This document shows positions 27,590 through 40,204 of a stretch of DNA of 64,000 bases, in pieces. Position numbers and translations under genes: made by a program. This DNA comes from Octopus sinensis. Taxonomy: Eukaryota. The stretch lies in the NCBI RefSeq assembly GCF_006345805.1, contig NC_043001.1, positions 93,000,001 through 93,064,000 of the forward strand, in the 5' to 3' direction. A model generated the notes under the pieces. The model worked only from the letters and a program-made list of their open reading frames with translations, did no database searches and was not told where the DNA came from. How positions within the stretch are numbered: position 1 is the stretch's first letter; every line of letters begins with the position of its first letter.

Positions 27590-28330
27590 TGACAATAGCA
27601 CACTAATTATAGACTTATAGTACGACATTGTACACTTTCTACAAAACTCGCATAACACATAGTATACACAATCATAACCAAGTAGAATATCACAACCTGT
27701 ACAACATATACTCTTCGGAATGACCATATAATGAAATCACACAACTCACACAACATTTTATTATAGAATAACCGTCTAATGAAATAATATGACTTGTTGT
27801 TATATATATACAATGTATTGAGTATTAAAGGAAGTAGTGAGTACTTAGTATGAAAGATTAAGAAAATGAGAGAGACTGAAAAAACGTGTTAACGATACGA
27901 GATACTTTATTAGACTGCCGTTGTTGTACAAGGTATTTGTTGTGGCGGGAAACTTACTGAATGTCCTTGTATCAAGGGAGACAATGGGCAACGTTGATTG
28001 TTCATGTTTGTTGTGATGATTACATAACACGACTCACAGAGAACATGCACTATTGTATTAGGACATAATGGAATAACTCACATAATACATTTCTCTACAG
28101 AATGAAAATATAATAAAATAATACAACTCACACAACACACATTCTATTGAATCACTACATAATGTAAAAACACAACTTACACTACATTTTTCTACAGCAT
28201 CAACAGATAATGAAATAACACAGACTCTTATCTGTTCAATATCTAATACTCAGTGTAACGATACAGCTCGCAGCACTCCTTCAGCCACTCACGCAGCTCG
28301 TATTCTACACAGTTATCATCCAGTAATATA
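27590..28330. repeat. Degenerate ~48-bp minisatellite, interrupted by ~250 bp
   Basis: Unit approximately ataatgaaataacacaactcacacaacacattttctatagaatcactac, starting near 27728, 27776, 28065, 28110, 28159 and 28207. Confidence 0.65.
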
Positions 28331-28599
28331 ACACAATCCATACAAGCCAACTAAAGATCCTGACGTGACCGCTTGATTTGCTAGAAAAGGGCAGCTAAAT
28401 TTCTTTCAAACCACACTTTGCCGTTTTATATAGAGACGTGAGATATTGCATAATGAAATTTAAATACTTCTAAAAATGGTATTGTCGTAGCTGGAATGCC
28501 TTTTGCTCTTATTTCATCTTTATTAGAGATGATCTGGGATTAAACAACAGAAACAACACAAGTCACAGCTTATACCCTACTCGATCATCTTCTTTTGGT

Positions 28600-28657
28600 G
28601 ATTATGATGATGATGATGATGACGACGATGATGATGGTGATGATGATGATGATGATG

Positions 28658-28688
<31 letters not shown>

Positions 28689-28741
28689 TGGTGGTGATGA
28701 AGATGATGAAGATGATGATGATGATGATGATGATGATGATA

Positions 28742-28802
<61 letters not shown>

Positions 28803-28832
28803 CGATGATGATGATGACGATGACGATGATGA
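28600..28832. repeat. (GAT)n microsatellite
   Basis: Direct inspection. Other triplet blocks at about 7550-7920, 9568-9660, 9885-10100, 18065-18215, 40130-40205, 51450-51605, 55065-55140 and 59256-59550. Confidence 0.95.
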
Positions 28833-29589
28833 AGGAACCAGTAATGACCAGAGTTATGATGATTTATCACATTGATACAAATCTACTCATTTTATGTGGT
28901 CGATTGAATCGATTTAGTATTTCATTGGTATTTGTTTTTATCGATCTTGGAGCGACAGAAAGCAAAGTCAACACTGGTGGAATTTTGAACCGAAACGTAA
29001 CTTTCTTTTTTTTTTTAAATTTATTAGTTGGACAGCATCAAAGATATCCATCACTTCATCCATTAGATTAATGAGAACCATGTCGTTGTCGATCAGTGAG
29101 AAACTTCTATACGTCGAGTCTTGATGGAAAAGAATGTGGGCAAGGACGGAATTTTTAGAAGTAGCTGTTCAAGTGTGGAATTCCAAAGGATAGTAGTTCT
29201 AGTGTGGACAAATAATTTAGTGAAAAAGGTGTTTAAGGATATATTCAGTAAGAATAACGGAAGAAGAGACGATTATTTTGGGTGTTTTAGTACAGAGATG
29301 CTATGTAACGTGTAATTTCAGTAGGGCAGATGCAGCTCTGTTGAGAGTAAAAAGTCAAACAGATGAAACGCTTTGCAAGTGGCTGTAATACGTTGTTGGT
29401 TGAGTCTTTATTAGTCAGTTGAGTCGCTTTCTTTTGAAAAGGTGTCAAGGGTGTCTATGGGTGCAACGACAAAACCATTTGAACTCATGGAAGTGTACCA
29501 TTTGAGAGGCATCTGAACTTTGAAAAGAAACTCTATCTAATCTGAGATGAAGTATTTGCTGGCTCCAAGAAGAAATGCAATCTTCTTTT

Positions 29590-29752
29590 GGCGCAGGAGT
29601 GGCTGTGTGGTAAGTAGCTTGCTTACCAACCACATGGTTCCGGGTTCAGTCCCACTGCGTGGCACCTTGGGCAAGTACCTTCTACTATAACCTCGGACCG
29701 ACCAAAGCCTTGTGAGTGGATTTAGTAGAAGGAAACTGAAAGAAGCCCGTCG

Positions 29753-29756
<4 letters not shown>
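29590..29756 (+). mobile_element. tRNA-derived SINE, family A, 5' half running into (TA)n
   Basis: A-box TGGCTGTGTGG and B-box GGTTCAGTCC; near-identical to 35036-35200. Confidence 0.9.
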
Positions 29757-29794
<38 letters not shown>

Positions 29795-31129
29795 TATAAT
29801 ATATATATATATATATGTATATATGTATATATGTGTGTGTGTGTCCATGTGTTTGTTTGATCATCAAGTGTTACGAAGTATAGCAGTTGTAACAATTCAA
29901 AGATTTTAGTAATTTCAGACAGTGTAGTGCAAAACTGGTTAATTGATATCTGCTATAATTGTACTTTTATACTGTTGAAGTTAGGAAAACTATACAAAAC
30001 AACCATACCCAGAACTTTTGGGACTTAGCGATTTGACAATAAACATAAAATTACCGAACATGTACAATTTTTTCACCAGGGAAAGGTTTCACCAGGAAAG
30101 GTTCCAGGGGGATATTTGAGGACTCCACCTGGGAAATTGTTCATTGGTTGAAACATACTTGATCATTATGCTCACTATTTTTGCTAAATTTATTTTTCTT
30201 TTTGGTAACGTTTATGAATACTAATATTAAAACTAATATAAGGATATCAATGGTATGCAATAGATTGTGTTGTATAGAAGACTATACAACACACATAATA
30301 TGTTGGACGATGACACACTGGTGGAGGGGAATACAGGAAATGTCTAAGAAACACTGCTCTAGACGAACAAGAAGCAAAATACAAAGAGAAATCTCAAAGA
30401 ATGATAATTGCGTAATAGATATTTTTTCGACAACACAATTGTTACACAAATCATATGATATTCAACAAAACTATAACAAAGTTCATGTTATAGTAAGATC
30501 GTCTATGCAGTAGAAGAGAACAGAAAAATAAATCGAATTTCAGTATTGACATGAAGTGAAAATAATCAGTAGGTAAAAAGTCGATACAATACAATTTTTA
30601 CCCAAGTGAAATAGATGAGTGACCATCAGAAGCCATGGGCAAAATGAAAATGAAATTTGAAGACAGGATTTAAATCTACAAGATGTTCGTTTTAATGCAT
30701 AACGTCAATCAAATAGGCTAATCATACCTTAAAAATAATAACAAGTTCGTCTGCAGAAGATAGAGAAGTCGGATATCAATCGGTTAATGTACACTTCATC
30801 CAATGCAGCGAATGTAGAGCTTCGTACTGAAATCACCGATAACATACAAAACCGTACAAACGAATACGGAAACCAAACATTTAAAAAACAAGTAAACTGA
30901 ACCATATTAATAATATATGAAAGTTAAAACAACATTATAAGCATATCAGCAATGAAAATATATAGAGAAGTAAATAACTAAATCCATATAAACTGACGAT
31001 TCTCCAGCCGTAGAAGAAGTTTAAAAAAGTATCTGGTAAGAAGGTTAATATTAAAAAGATTATCAAAGAAAAACGAAATAGAATAATGTGTCATATATCA
31101 AGAGGAATGGATAAGTATAGAGTAGATAT

Positions 31130-31760
31130 AATAATAATACAAGGCACCGAAAGAAAATAAATCAATTGGGGAAAGCAATATTTAGAATTCCTAGATAAAA
31201 ATACTACGCAATAAATATGCATTCATAAATAACCCAACTCGAATGAAAAGCTGACGGAAGGCACAACAACCTTCGTATAAAAAATGGGAAAAGCAGGTGA
31301 TCCTAAAAATTACAGGTCAATTGCCTTTCGATTTTATGCAAGATACTAGCATTCATAGTAATATACGTAACTTAGAAGTAAACAAACGCTTACCAGAATA
31401 AGATTCTAATACCACGGCAAGAATCGATTGTTAATAATTAAAGAGCAGTATTTCACAAGAAGACAGTAGACAGGAAAAAATCAACTTAGTGCATGAATGG
31501 AGTACAAGAAAGCCTATTATAAAGAACCAAATTCATGGAAATTTATATATTATTCCCAATGGCTGTGAAGTCACTGAAACCATCATCCTCTGACAGCAAA
31601 ACCTATCAATAAATTGCAACAAAAGTACTCTATTAGCTGAAGTAATTTACAGCTGGAATAAAATGTTCAAACGAGATTCACTCTCACCAGTTTTGATTTC
31701 TCTAGGAATTTTCATATTTAGGCTTTCCCAAGCTCCACAGGAAGTAACTACATGACTGGG
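31130..31760 (+). mobile_element. Highly decayed R4/Dong-type reverse transcriptase fragment
   Basis: KMGKAGDPKNYRSIA (cf. D..PKNYRPI), A*MEYKKAYYKEPNSW (cf. AWIDYKKAYDSVPHSW), FKRDSLSPVL (cf. FQGDSLSPLL), in order and with plausible spacing. Confidence 0.7.
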
Positions 31761-32039
31761 TGGAGGAAGGAAACAAGATTTTTGCTGTAGATGAAAGTCA
31801 TATTTTTAAAATAATTTTAGAGACTCATCTGGAAAAAATTTATACATACTTCAAATCTTTATAGCTCTGATATCATTAAGGAATTTTAGGATAACAAGTG
31901 TACCGTCGTAACATAATGGCGAAGTCAGTAAATACTAAAATTAATCAGCCAATAAGAAAACGTAGAAATATTTGGAGATCCACAAACATGAACAAATCGT
32001 ACAACATACCACAAGCCATCAATGAAATGCTACGCGGTT

Positions 32040-32410
32040 TCTCGGTTTCCCTCATCTTATCTCATCTGCACCAACATATTCATGGAAGGGTTATTATCGG
32101 ATCCTCTCAGAAGCATCAGTCCCCAGTTGATCCAGCTCTATCCCCAAGCGAGACGAACTGAACTCATAGATGTTATCCAACCATTTTACTAGTTGTCTAC
32201 CTCTGGGTTTCCTGCAGTTGGTTTTGCCAGTAAAACTTGTCCAGCAACTCTTTCCCCAGACATTCTATCCACTAGTCCGATGTAGCGGAGCATTGATCTC
32301 ACAAACCGGTGAAGTAGTGGCTCTACCTGCAGTGTCTTCCTGATCTCCGAGATATGCACTCTTTCGAGTACGGTTACTCCAAAGACCCATCTAGGCAGCT
32401 TGCATTCGCG
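32040..32410 (-). mobile_element. RTE-clade LINE 3' fragment
   Basis: Minus translation LPRWVFGVTVLERVHISEIRKTLQVEPLLHRFVRSMLRYIGLVDRMSGERVAGQVLLAKP, frameshift, then KPRGRQLVKWLDNI, matching RTE IR....VEPLL....RSQLRW.GHV.RM...RPRGRP...W.D.I. Confidence 0.75.
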
Positions 32411-32793
32411 ATCGTATTCTTTCAGTCATTATCCAAGATTAATGACCAAAGGTTCAAATCTTATTCTACCGTTTTAAAAAGGAGACACTGGATAATGCAG
32501 TCACAAATAGAATGAATTGATCATAGGTCGACTCGATCAACGCGGGCCTGGGAGTAAACAACAATAGTATGTTATAATAGAAAACAAGAATTGACCGCCA
32601 GGGTAAGTATCCGATGAAAGAGAATGATTTGAAAGAATGTGGTGGATTTCAAAGATGAGACGGAACCTATCAATATCTGATCAGTATTAGCAGTCAGCTA
32701 TAGCTGGTATGCAAAGAACTGGAAGTTATGAGATCTAGTGGGGAAAAAAAAGGATATAGAAACTGACACAATCTTATCAGTTGTATGCTTTCT

Positions 32794-32852
<59 letters not shown>

Positions 32853-32916
32853 TATATTACATCCTCCCTACATACATACATACATACATACATACATACA
32901 AACATACATACATACA

Positions 32917-32950
<34 letters not shown>

Positions 32951-33952
32951 CATACATTCATACATACATACATACATACACATGTTCACATATATGCGTT
33001 TTTGTATGTATGTATGCATCTGCACACACACACACACACACACACACACGAGAAAGGGACAAAGCAAAGTAGGTGAGCACATCTATAAGGATATATTGCC
33101 GGAGACTAAGGCCCAATTGCTGGCCATCATCCATCGGACTTTCTATGCAAGATGATTGCTAATTGCAGGGTGGCTTGCAATGGACAGCTGGTCACCTCCA
33201 CGAGTAAATCAGTTTTCTAGTGAATGAATAAAGCTGCAGTAGATATAATGATTCCGGTTTCAATTGGAATAGAGCCAATAGTGTAATTAACGAACTATCA
33301 GCTTTGATACAAACAGGAAAATAAGTTTCAAAAAAAAAAAAGAAAAAAGAAAAAGAAAAGAAGAAAAAAAGAAAGGGATAAATGGAGCTCTTAAAATAAC
33401 CAAAGTTAGGAATCTGACAATCTGTCAGTTGGACTGCTTATTTTTCTGTATATATCCGTGCTGCATCCGAAATCTTTCCCAGTCCCTACTGCTTTCGTTC
33501 GTCTCGCTGTCTTCAAGTTAAATATCTTTCTACCGATATATATACATTTCCGTTCATGGAAACACATCTAACGCCTGTGTGTATGTGTGTGTGTGTATGT
33601 ATGTGTGTTTATGTGTATATATATATAGATATATATATATATAATATATATATATATTATATATATATATATATATACATATACACATACATATATACAT
33701 ACATACATACACGCACACATATATCCCTTAAGCCGCGCGCACTCTCACACACGAGGGGATAACAGGAAGGAATAATGCCTGCTAAAGACTGGATCAAAGA
33801 ATCTGGTTATTCCCTTGGCAGCAGAGATGCTGTTCGGCATCGCTGGTGGGGATAATATTAATGGGAAGTGTCAAATTCCTGTACGTCTCTAGTTGTCTAA
33901 TCATGAGGGAGTGTCCCGTAGCCCAAGCTGCAAAACACACACACACACACAC

Positions 33953-33985
<33 letters not shown>

Positions 33986-34197
33986 CACACACACACGCAC
34001 ACACACACACACAACACACACACACACAGATGCACACACACATGCATGCATATTAATGTATATATATATGTACATGTTCGCAGTGAAATGACTGAAACAA
34101 GTAAATATATATATATATAAGTTGTATACATTTATATATGCGCATTTATGAGTGAATATATATATATATATGCTTATATGTCTATATATACATATGA

Positions 34198-34218
34198 ATC
34201 TCTCTCTCTCTCTCTCTG

Positions 34219-34266
<48 letters not shown>

Positions 34267-34315
34267 CGTATAGGGAGAGAGAGAGACACAGGGAAAGAGA
34301 CAGAGAGATAGAGAT

Positions 34316-34346
<31 letters not shown>

Positions 34347-34405
34347 AAGAGAGAGAGAGTGAAAGAGAAAGAGAGAGAGAGAGTGAAAGAGAAAGAGAGA
34401 GAGAA

Positions 34406-34461
<56 letters not shown>

Positions 34462-34462
34462 T
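34198..34462. repeat. (CT)n-(TA)n-(GA)n compound purine/pyrimidine tract
   Basis: Direct inspection. Confidence 0.95.
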
Positions 34463-35035
34463 TTCTATAGGTAGATGACTGTAAATATGTATCTGCTTGC
34501 CGATAATACATGAATATGCATAATTTTGTATTATACAAACGGCTATTTTCAGTATCTTAAAATGTGCAGTCATGTCTTGTATATATAAAAAAAGACGAAG
34601 ACATGTCGATGCTTGTCGATAATATAGCTCTATGCATGCTAGATATACACATACGTAAATGAATGTATCATTATGTCATGAATGTATCATTATGTCATGA
34701 AAACCCTGGAGAAGAGATCATTATGTTTGTTAACTTCGCGGTCCCAATCTTCCTAAAATTTTGTTCAATATTATATGACTTTGTACATCCAATGGGCAAG
34801 TCTCTTTCTGTAGCAATAAGCATGCATTTATAAGTCAAATCCTTCTCTTCAGACAAAACGTTAACATCTTGTCTAAGAGAAAGGCGCATTATTTTCCCCT
34901 TCATCTCTAGTGAGATAAACCGAGATGAAGTCAACATTAAACCTAAGTACATCTTGAGTGTATTTCCTCTATTTTCCGAGCAACAAGCTAATGTAGTCAA
35001 TAACTAATATTAGTATATTATTTTTCTCATCATGT

Positions 35036-35447
35036 AGGCATAGGAGTGGCTGTGTGGTAAGTAGCTTGCTTACCAACCACATGGTTCCGGGTTCAATCCC
35101 ACTGCGTGGCATCTTGGGCAAGTGTCTTCTACTATATCCTCGGACCGACCTAAGCCTTGTGAGTGGATTTGGTAAACTGAAACTGAAAGAAACCCGTCGT
35201 ATATGTATATATGTGCATGTGTGTGTATATGTGTTTGTTTGTGTGCTTGTGTTTGTCATCCCAACATCGCTTGACAACCGATGCTGGTGTGTTTACGTCC
35301 CCATAATCTAGCGGTTCGGCAGAAGAGACCGATAGAATAAGTACTAGGCTTACAAAGAATAAGTCCTGGGGTCGATTTTCTCGACTAAAGGCGGTGCTCT
35401 AGCATGGCCGCAGTCAAATGACTGAAAGAAGTAAAAGAGTAAAAGAG
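35036..35447 (+). mobile_element. Full-length tRNA-derived SINE, family A
   Basis: A-box 35047-35057, B-box 35090-35099, core, internal (TA/TG) tract, second domain, 3' tail ggcggtgctctagcatggccgcagtcaaatgactgaaa plus (gtaaaaga)x2. Confidence 0.9.
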
Positions 35448-35879
35448 TATGTAACTATGTTAATTATAAAGGAAAAAAAAAACGTTTATATTAAATTTGT
35501 AAACACTAACCTATCTAAACGTTTTTCATGCTTTGGATTATTTATTCTAAATTATATTCTATTATCGTGCGTCGGTTAATGTGCCATTTGGTATGTCTAT
35601 TTACTTTGTGATTTTTCTCAACATCAACAATTACCATAAAGAACACACTTAATGAATGGCGTCTGAAGGGGACCTGAAGTATTCAGAGTTATTTCCCGCA
35701 GTTGCCTAATTAATTACATTGACAAATTTGTTGTTCACCTCATGAATATTTTTAATTATCTTTATAGACATCTTTGCATTAATTATTTTAGCACTAAAAT
35801 ACCTATTGAGGTCGCTTCTACGAAGCCTAATGATTATAAGACTCTTATTTAGATCTAAGACCAGCATTCCACCGACCTC

Positions 35880-36045
35880 AATACTTGACTGGCAAGTTAT
35901 TTTCTCGACCCCGAAAAGATAAAAGGCAAGGTTGACTCGGCGGAATTTGAGCTCGGAATGTAGAGACGAGAAACAAATTTAAAAAAACAACAACATTTTC
36001 CCAACGTTCTGAGAGTTGGCTGCCATCAAATGAAATGACGATAGT
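35880..36045 (-). mobile_element. Old family-B-like SINE
   Basis: tcgaccccgaaaagataaaaggcaaggttgactcggcggaatttgagctc is the reverse complement of the family B core. Confidence 0.65.
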
Positions 36046-36709
36046 TCCAAACCCTTCCAATTTAAACTCAAGATCTGCGAACCAGTAGTCCAATAGTTTA
36101 TGCGAGGCGGCATTTCAGTTTACTCTAACGTAATGGCTATATGCCGGAATTTGTAGAATATGATACTAATAGTTTTTGTTTATTGATTATCCTCATATCA
36201 GCCATGTCCAAAAGCCAATGATCAATAACCGGCCTTTCTTTTTTATCACGCATACTGTTATAGAGCGGATATACATGTATTAGACAGTATAATACATTAG
36301 ATACTTGCCCGTTATTGCTCAGTTTCACCTGCAATGATTATTGATGTGTTTATGCATAGGAGTATTTAAATGTCACAGTATGAAAAATATTGTTACCATT
36401 TTACATAACGTGCTCAGAAATCACAAGGGAGACAACTTAATTTTTCTAAATTAGTAGCTTCCCTTCTGGTTGCCACATGAGTTCAACACCCCACCTCTTT
36501 AACCTGCACTCAAATTTTACAAATGGTATGACATCTATATGAATAGTCCGGCCACGACCATACCATACCAGTGAAAGTACCGTAACAGACAAATAATTAT
36601 ACTCAGTATACCCATACGCATATACACACATCATTACACAAACACGCACATCTGTAATTGTGTTAAGACATTTCAAAATATTTCTATGACTGTCTGTCTG
36701 TCATCTGTA

Positions 36710-36830
<121 letters not shown>

Positions 36831-37294
36831 GTGTGTATGTGTGTTTCTCTATGGGTGTAAGCACAAACACACATGCGCGCCTGCACACTTGCATGCATGC
36901 ACACACGCGCGTGCAAACACACATAATGTATATAATTGAATATATAGATCAATGTTTCAACACTTCAGAGAGGAATTAACTCCGTGGCAATCTGATTGTG
37001 ATCATGGTTCAAATCATTCGCTTACATCACATAGAAAGTTGTGGAAAATAATAACTATCACAACTTTCCATTTCCATTTAGAAATAAACGAGAGAAATAT
37101 CATTAAATATATGTTATAGAGTATATTTATTTGCTCGAAGCTAGTAATTCCCCCTGTCGTTACTCAGAATTTCTCACTCGATGCGAGCTTTTAGGCGACA
37201 ACACAGATGTTGTCGCCTGAACGATCACTTGAACGTGAAGCTCAGAGAGAATCACCAGTTTCAAACAAATATACATACATATATAAATATATAT

Positions 37295-37380
<86 letters not shown>

Positions 37381-37509
37381 TGCTTATATTACTACATACA
37401 AACGTACATAGATACATACACACATACATATACACAAATATATGTACATATATGTGTGCGTTTGCATATGATATATCCATCAAGATTTCTAGATTTCTGT
37501 TTATATATT

Positions 37510-37582
<73 letters not shown>

Positions 37583-37618
37583 TATATATATATACATATA
37601 TATACATATATAAATATG

Positions 37619-37670
<52 letters not shown>

Positions 37671-37717
37671 GATCTATATATCTATATACATATATATATA
37701 TATATACATATATATAC

Positions 37718-37751
<34 letters not shown>

Positions 37752-38519
37752 GTACATTATATATACATATATATACACATACATACTTAAGTGCTTCTAG
37801 ATGTAAATGCAACTATAGGCACACTTGATTGCTGTCTAACTAATGATTAAGACTGATTAATTTGGACTTCAGTTTAGATGGAAAAGACAAAAGAAAATAT
37901 CTCCATTTCTCTGGGTCGATAATTTCATAGAACTGTTCAGTAATGATAGACGCAAGCAGATGTCCCAGTATTGTTTCGTCTTATATTTCGCTAATAAGCA
38001 ATATCCCTCCATAGAATTTATTCATAATTCCCAATATAATGACCTCCCTTTCAGACGCTTACTTAGCACTGATAATTTTTGTATTCCTAGATATGGAAAT
38101 TATGATTGCTTTTACAAGATTCAGGAGCTTAATTTGACGTTCTAAATACAACGCGTAGCTCTGATAAGCGCGAAGAGAGTAGAAAGACGTGTTATCATAG
38201 AATTATTATATAATATAAAAGAAGTGTATAGATTAACACACTGTTAAAGAGTATTGGAAAAGTGCTTTACTATATAGATCACTAAGAATACCATTTTACT
38301 ATTCTAACAATCGTGTGATCTCTCACAGTTGTATATCTCTATCATACGCTTCCCCTCTTTTTCCTTTCCTTTCTTACTCTCTCTCTCTGTATATACATAC
38401 ATACATACACACACACACACCACACATATTATATATATATATATAATATATATAATATATATATAATTATATAATATATATATATATATATTATATATAC
38501 ATGCACACACACAACCATA

Positions 38520-38664
38520 GACGTGGTGATTAGTAAAAAGCTTGCTTCCCAACCACATGGTTTCACGTTCAAGCCTGCTGCGTGGTATCTTGAAAAAATG
38601 TCTACTGCTGTTGCCTCGAGGTGACTAAAGCTTTGTGAGTAGATTTGGTAAACCGAAATTGAAA
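38520..38664 (+). mobile_element. Old SINE family A, 5' half
   Basis: gcttgcttcccaaccacatgg...gctttgtgagtagatttggtaaaccgaaattgaaa. Confidence 0.7.
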
Positions 38665-38778
38665 TATATACATATATATAAACATAGTAAATAAGGTAAT
38701 AAAAATAAATTATTATTACCAGTGACCTAGCACAAAAGACGAATTAGTCATTAGACTATACGTCATTCATATATAAAT

Positions 38779-38884
38779 ACATTAAAAGGCTTCCAATAAA
38801 GAAGCGAGTGCCAGATACACAAAAAGGGGATATCCCCTTTTTGTGTATCTGGCACTCGCTTCTTAATTTGGAAGCCTTTAATGT
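38779..38884. repeat. Palindrome with a perfect, spacer-less 66-bp core
   Basis: 38799-38864 is its own reverse complement, centred on GATATC; imperfect extension of ~20 bp on each side. Confidence 0.95.
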
Positions 38885-39003
38885 TATATATATATATATA
38901 TATAATATAATATATATATATAAGAAATTAAAAAAGGAAAATACGCACACTTACATAGTTTATATATCGACCGGTTTCGCTATCGCTATTCATGATATTA
39001 TGT

Positions 39004-39047
<44 letters not shown>

Positions 39048-40132
39048 TATATATATATATGAAAAATTATTTCTAAATCTCTGAACGAGAAACATTCACT
39101 AACAGTACTTGAAATTGCAGGCCTTTCTCTAAATTTCGAAAGAATGGTTAAAATGAGCCTGTATGTGTTTGAGTGTGTGCGTACCCCCAATCTTTTTATA
39201 GATATTCTTCGTTGTCCACGCCAGACAAAATCCTTAAATGCATTTTTTTCAACTTTACGCTCTGATTTCAAATGCTGCCGTGGTCAACATACTTTCGGGG
39301 TCGATAAAATTAGTACCAGTTGGGAACTGGGGCCGATATAATCGACTTATCCAGTCAAAGAATTGATTAAACTTTCGTGTCTTTCTTCATTATGTGAGTA
39401 TTGAAGTTATCATTTGCTGTGATGCTGGGCTTTGTATAAGAGCAGTGAAACGACAGAATCGTTAGAGCCACAAGCAAAATGTCAGATAGGTATTTCATTA
39501 TGGCCATTTACGTTCTCAATTCACATGACACCAAAGTTAAACTCAGTACATGAAAAGACGTAACTCTATACAGCAAAGAACTTAATTCTGTGTTCTTCTG
39601 ATGCTACCATTCTGCTGTCTCATAATAAAAAAAAAGAAACAGATTTATAACAAGAAACTAAGGTCACAAATTCTGGCTACGTCACAGTTCTAGTGCTTCA
39701 TTGACATTAATAAGAGTAATGATTTCTTTTTCCTTTAATGTCTCAAGTACAACTGATGAGAAACATTAGAAGCATATATTACACGAGGGCTGAGGTTCTT
39801 CATTGAATATGAACAACAAGTATGCAAAAGAAGAGAAAAGAAAAGAAAAAGCATATACAAGGAAATGAAATAGGACACCGACTAAGGTTTATCAAGGACG
39901 TTCACAGATCTTGATTTTTTCCTGATTACCAACTGAGAGTGACCTCTCTGCTGTGGTCTCTGTTTTACAACCACACTTTTGCAGTTGGCCATTTGAACCA
40001 CACCAATGTATTAATTCACCAAGAATTTAAATGTATTTTGCTTCAGGTGATGCCGCAAGCGGTGCATTGAACTTGCCAATCACAAACTGATGTTAGAAAG
40101 TTTTCATTTCATAGCAAACATTTTATTTATTC

Positions 40133-40204
<72 letters not shown>

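Noticed and set aside
34659-34701. 19-bp tandem duplication atgaatgtatcattatgtc x2
   Set aside because: An ordinary slippage duplication with nothing between the copies; not a TSD.
34695-35000. 101-aa minus-strand ORF containing a TYKC string, on the same strand as the Ig exon
   Set aside because: Lacks the Ig pattern (first Cys, Trp, DxG spacing) and convincing splice sites; not a credible Ig2 exon.
35036-35110. tRNA-like sequences with A and B boxes (also at 29590, 45870, 50939, 57200)
   Set aside because: They are SINE heads continuing into SINE bodies; no complete cloverleaf, so not tRNA genes.
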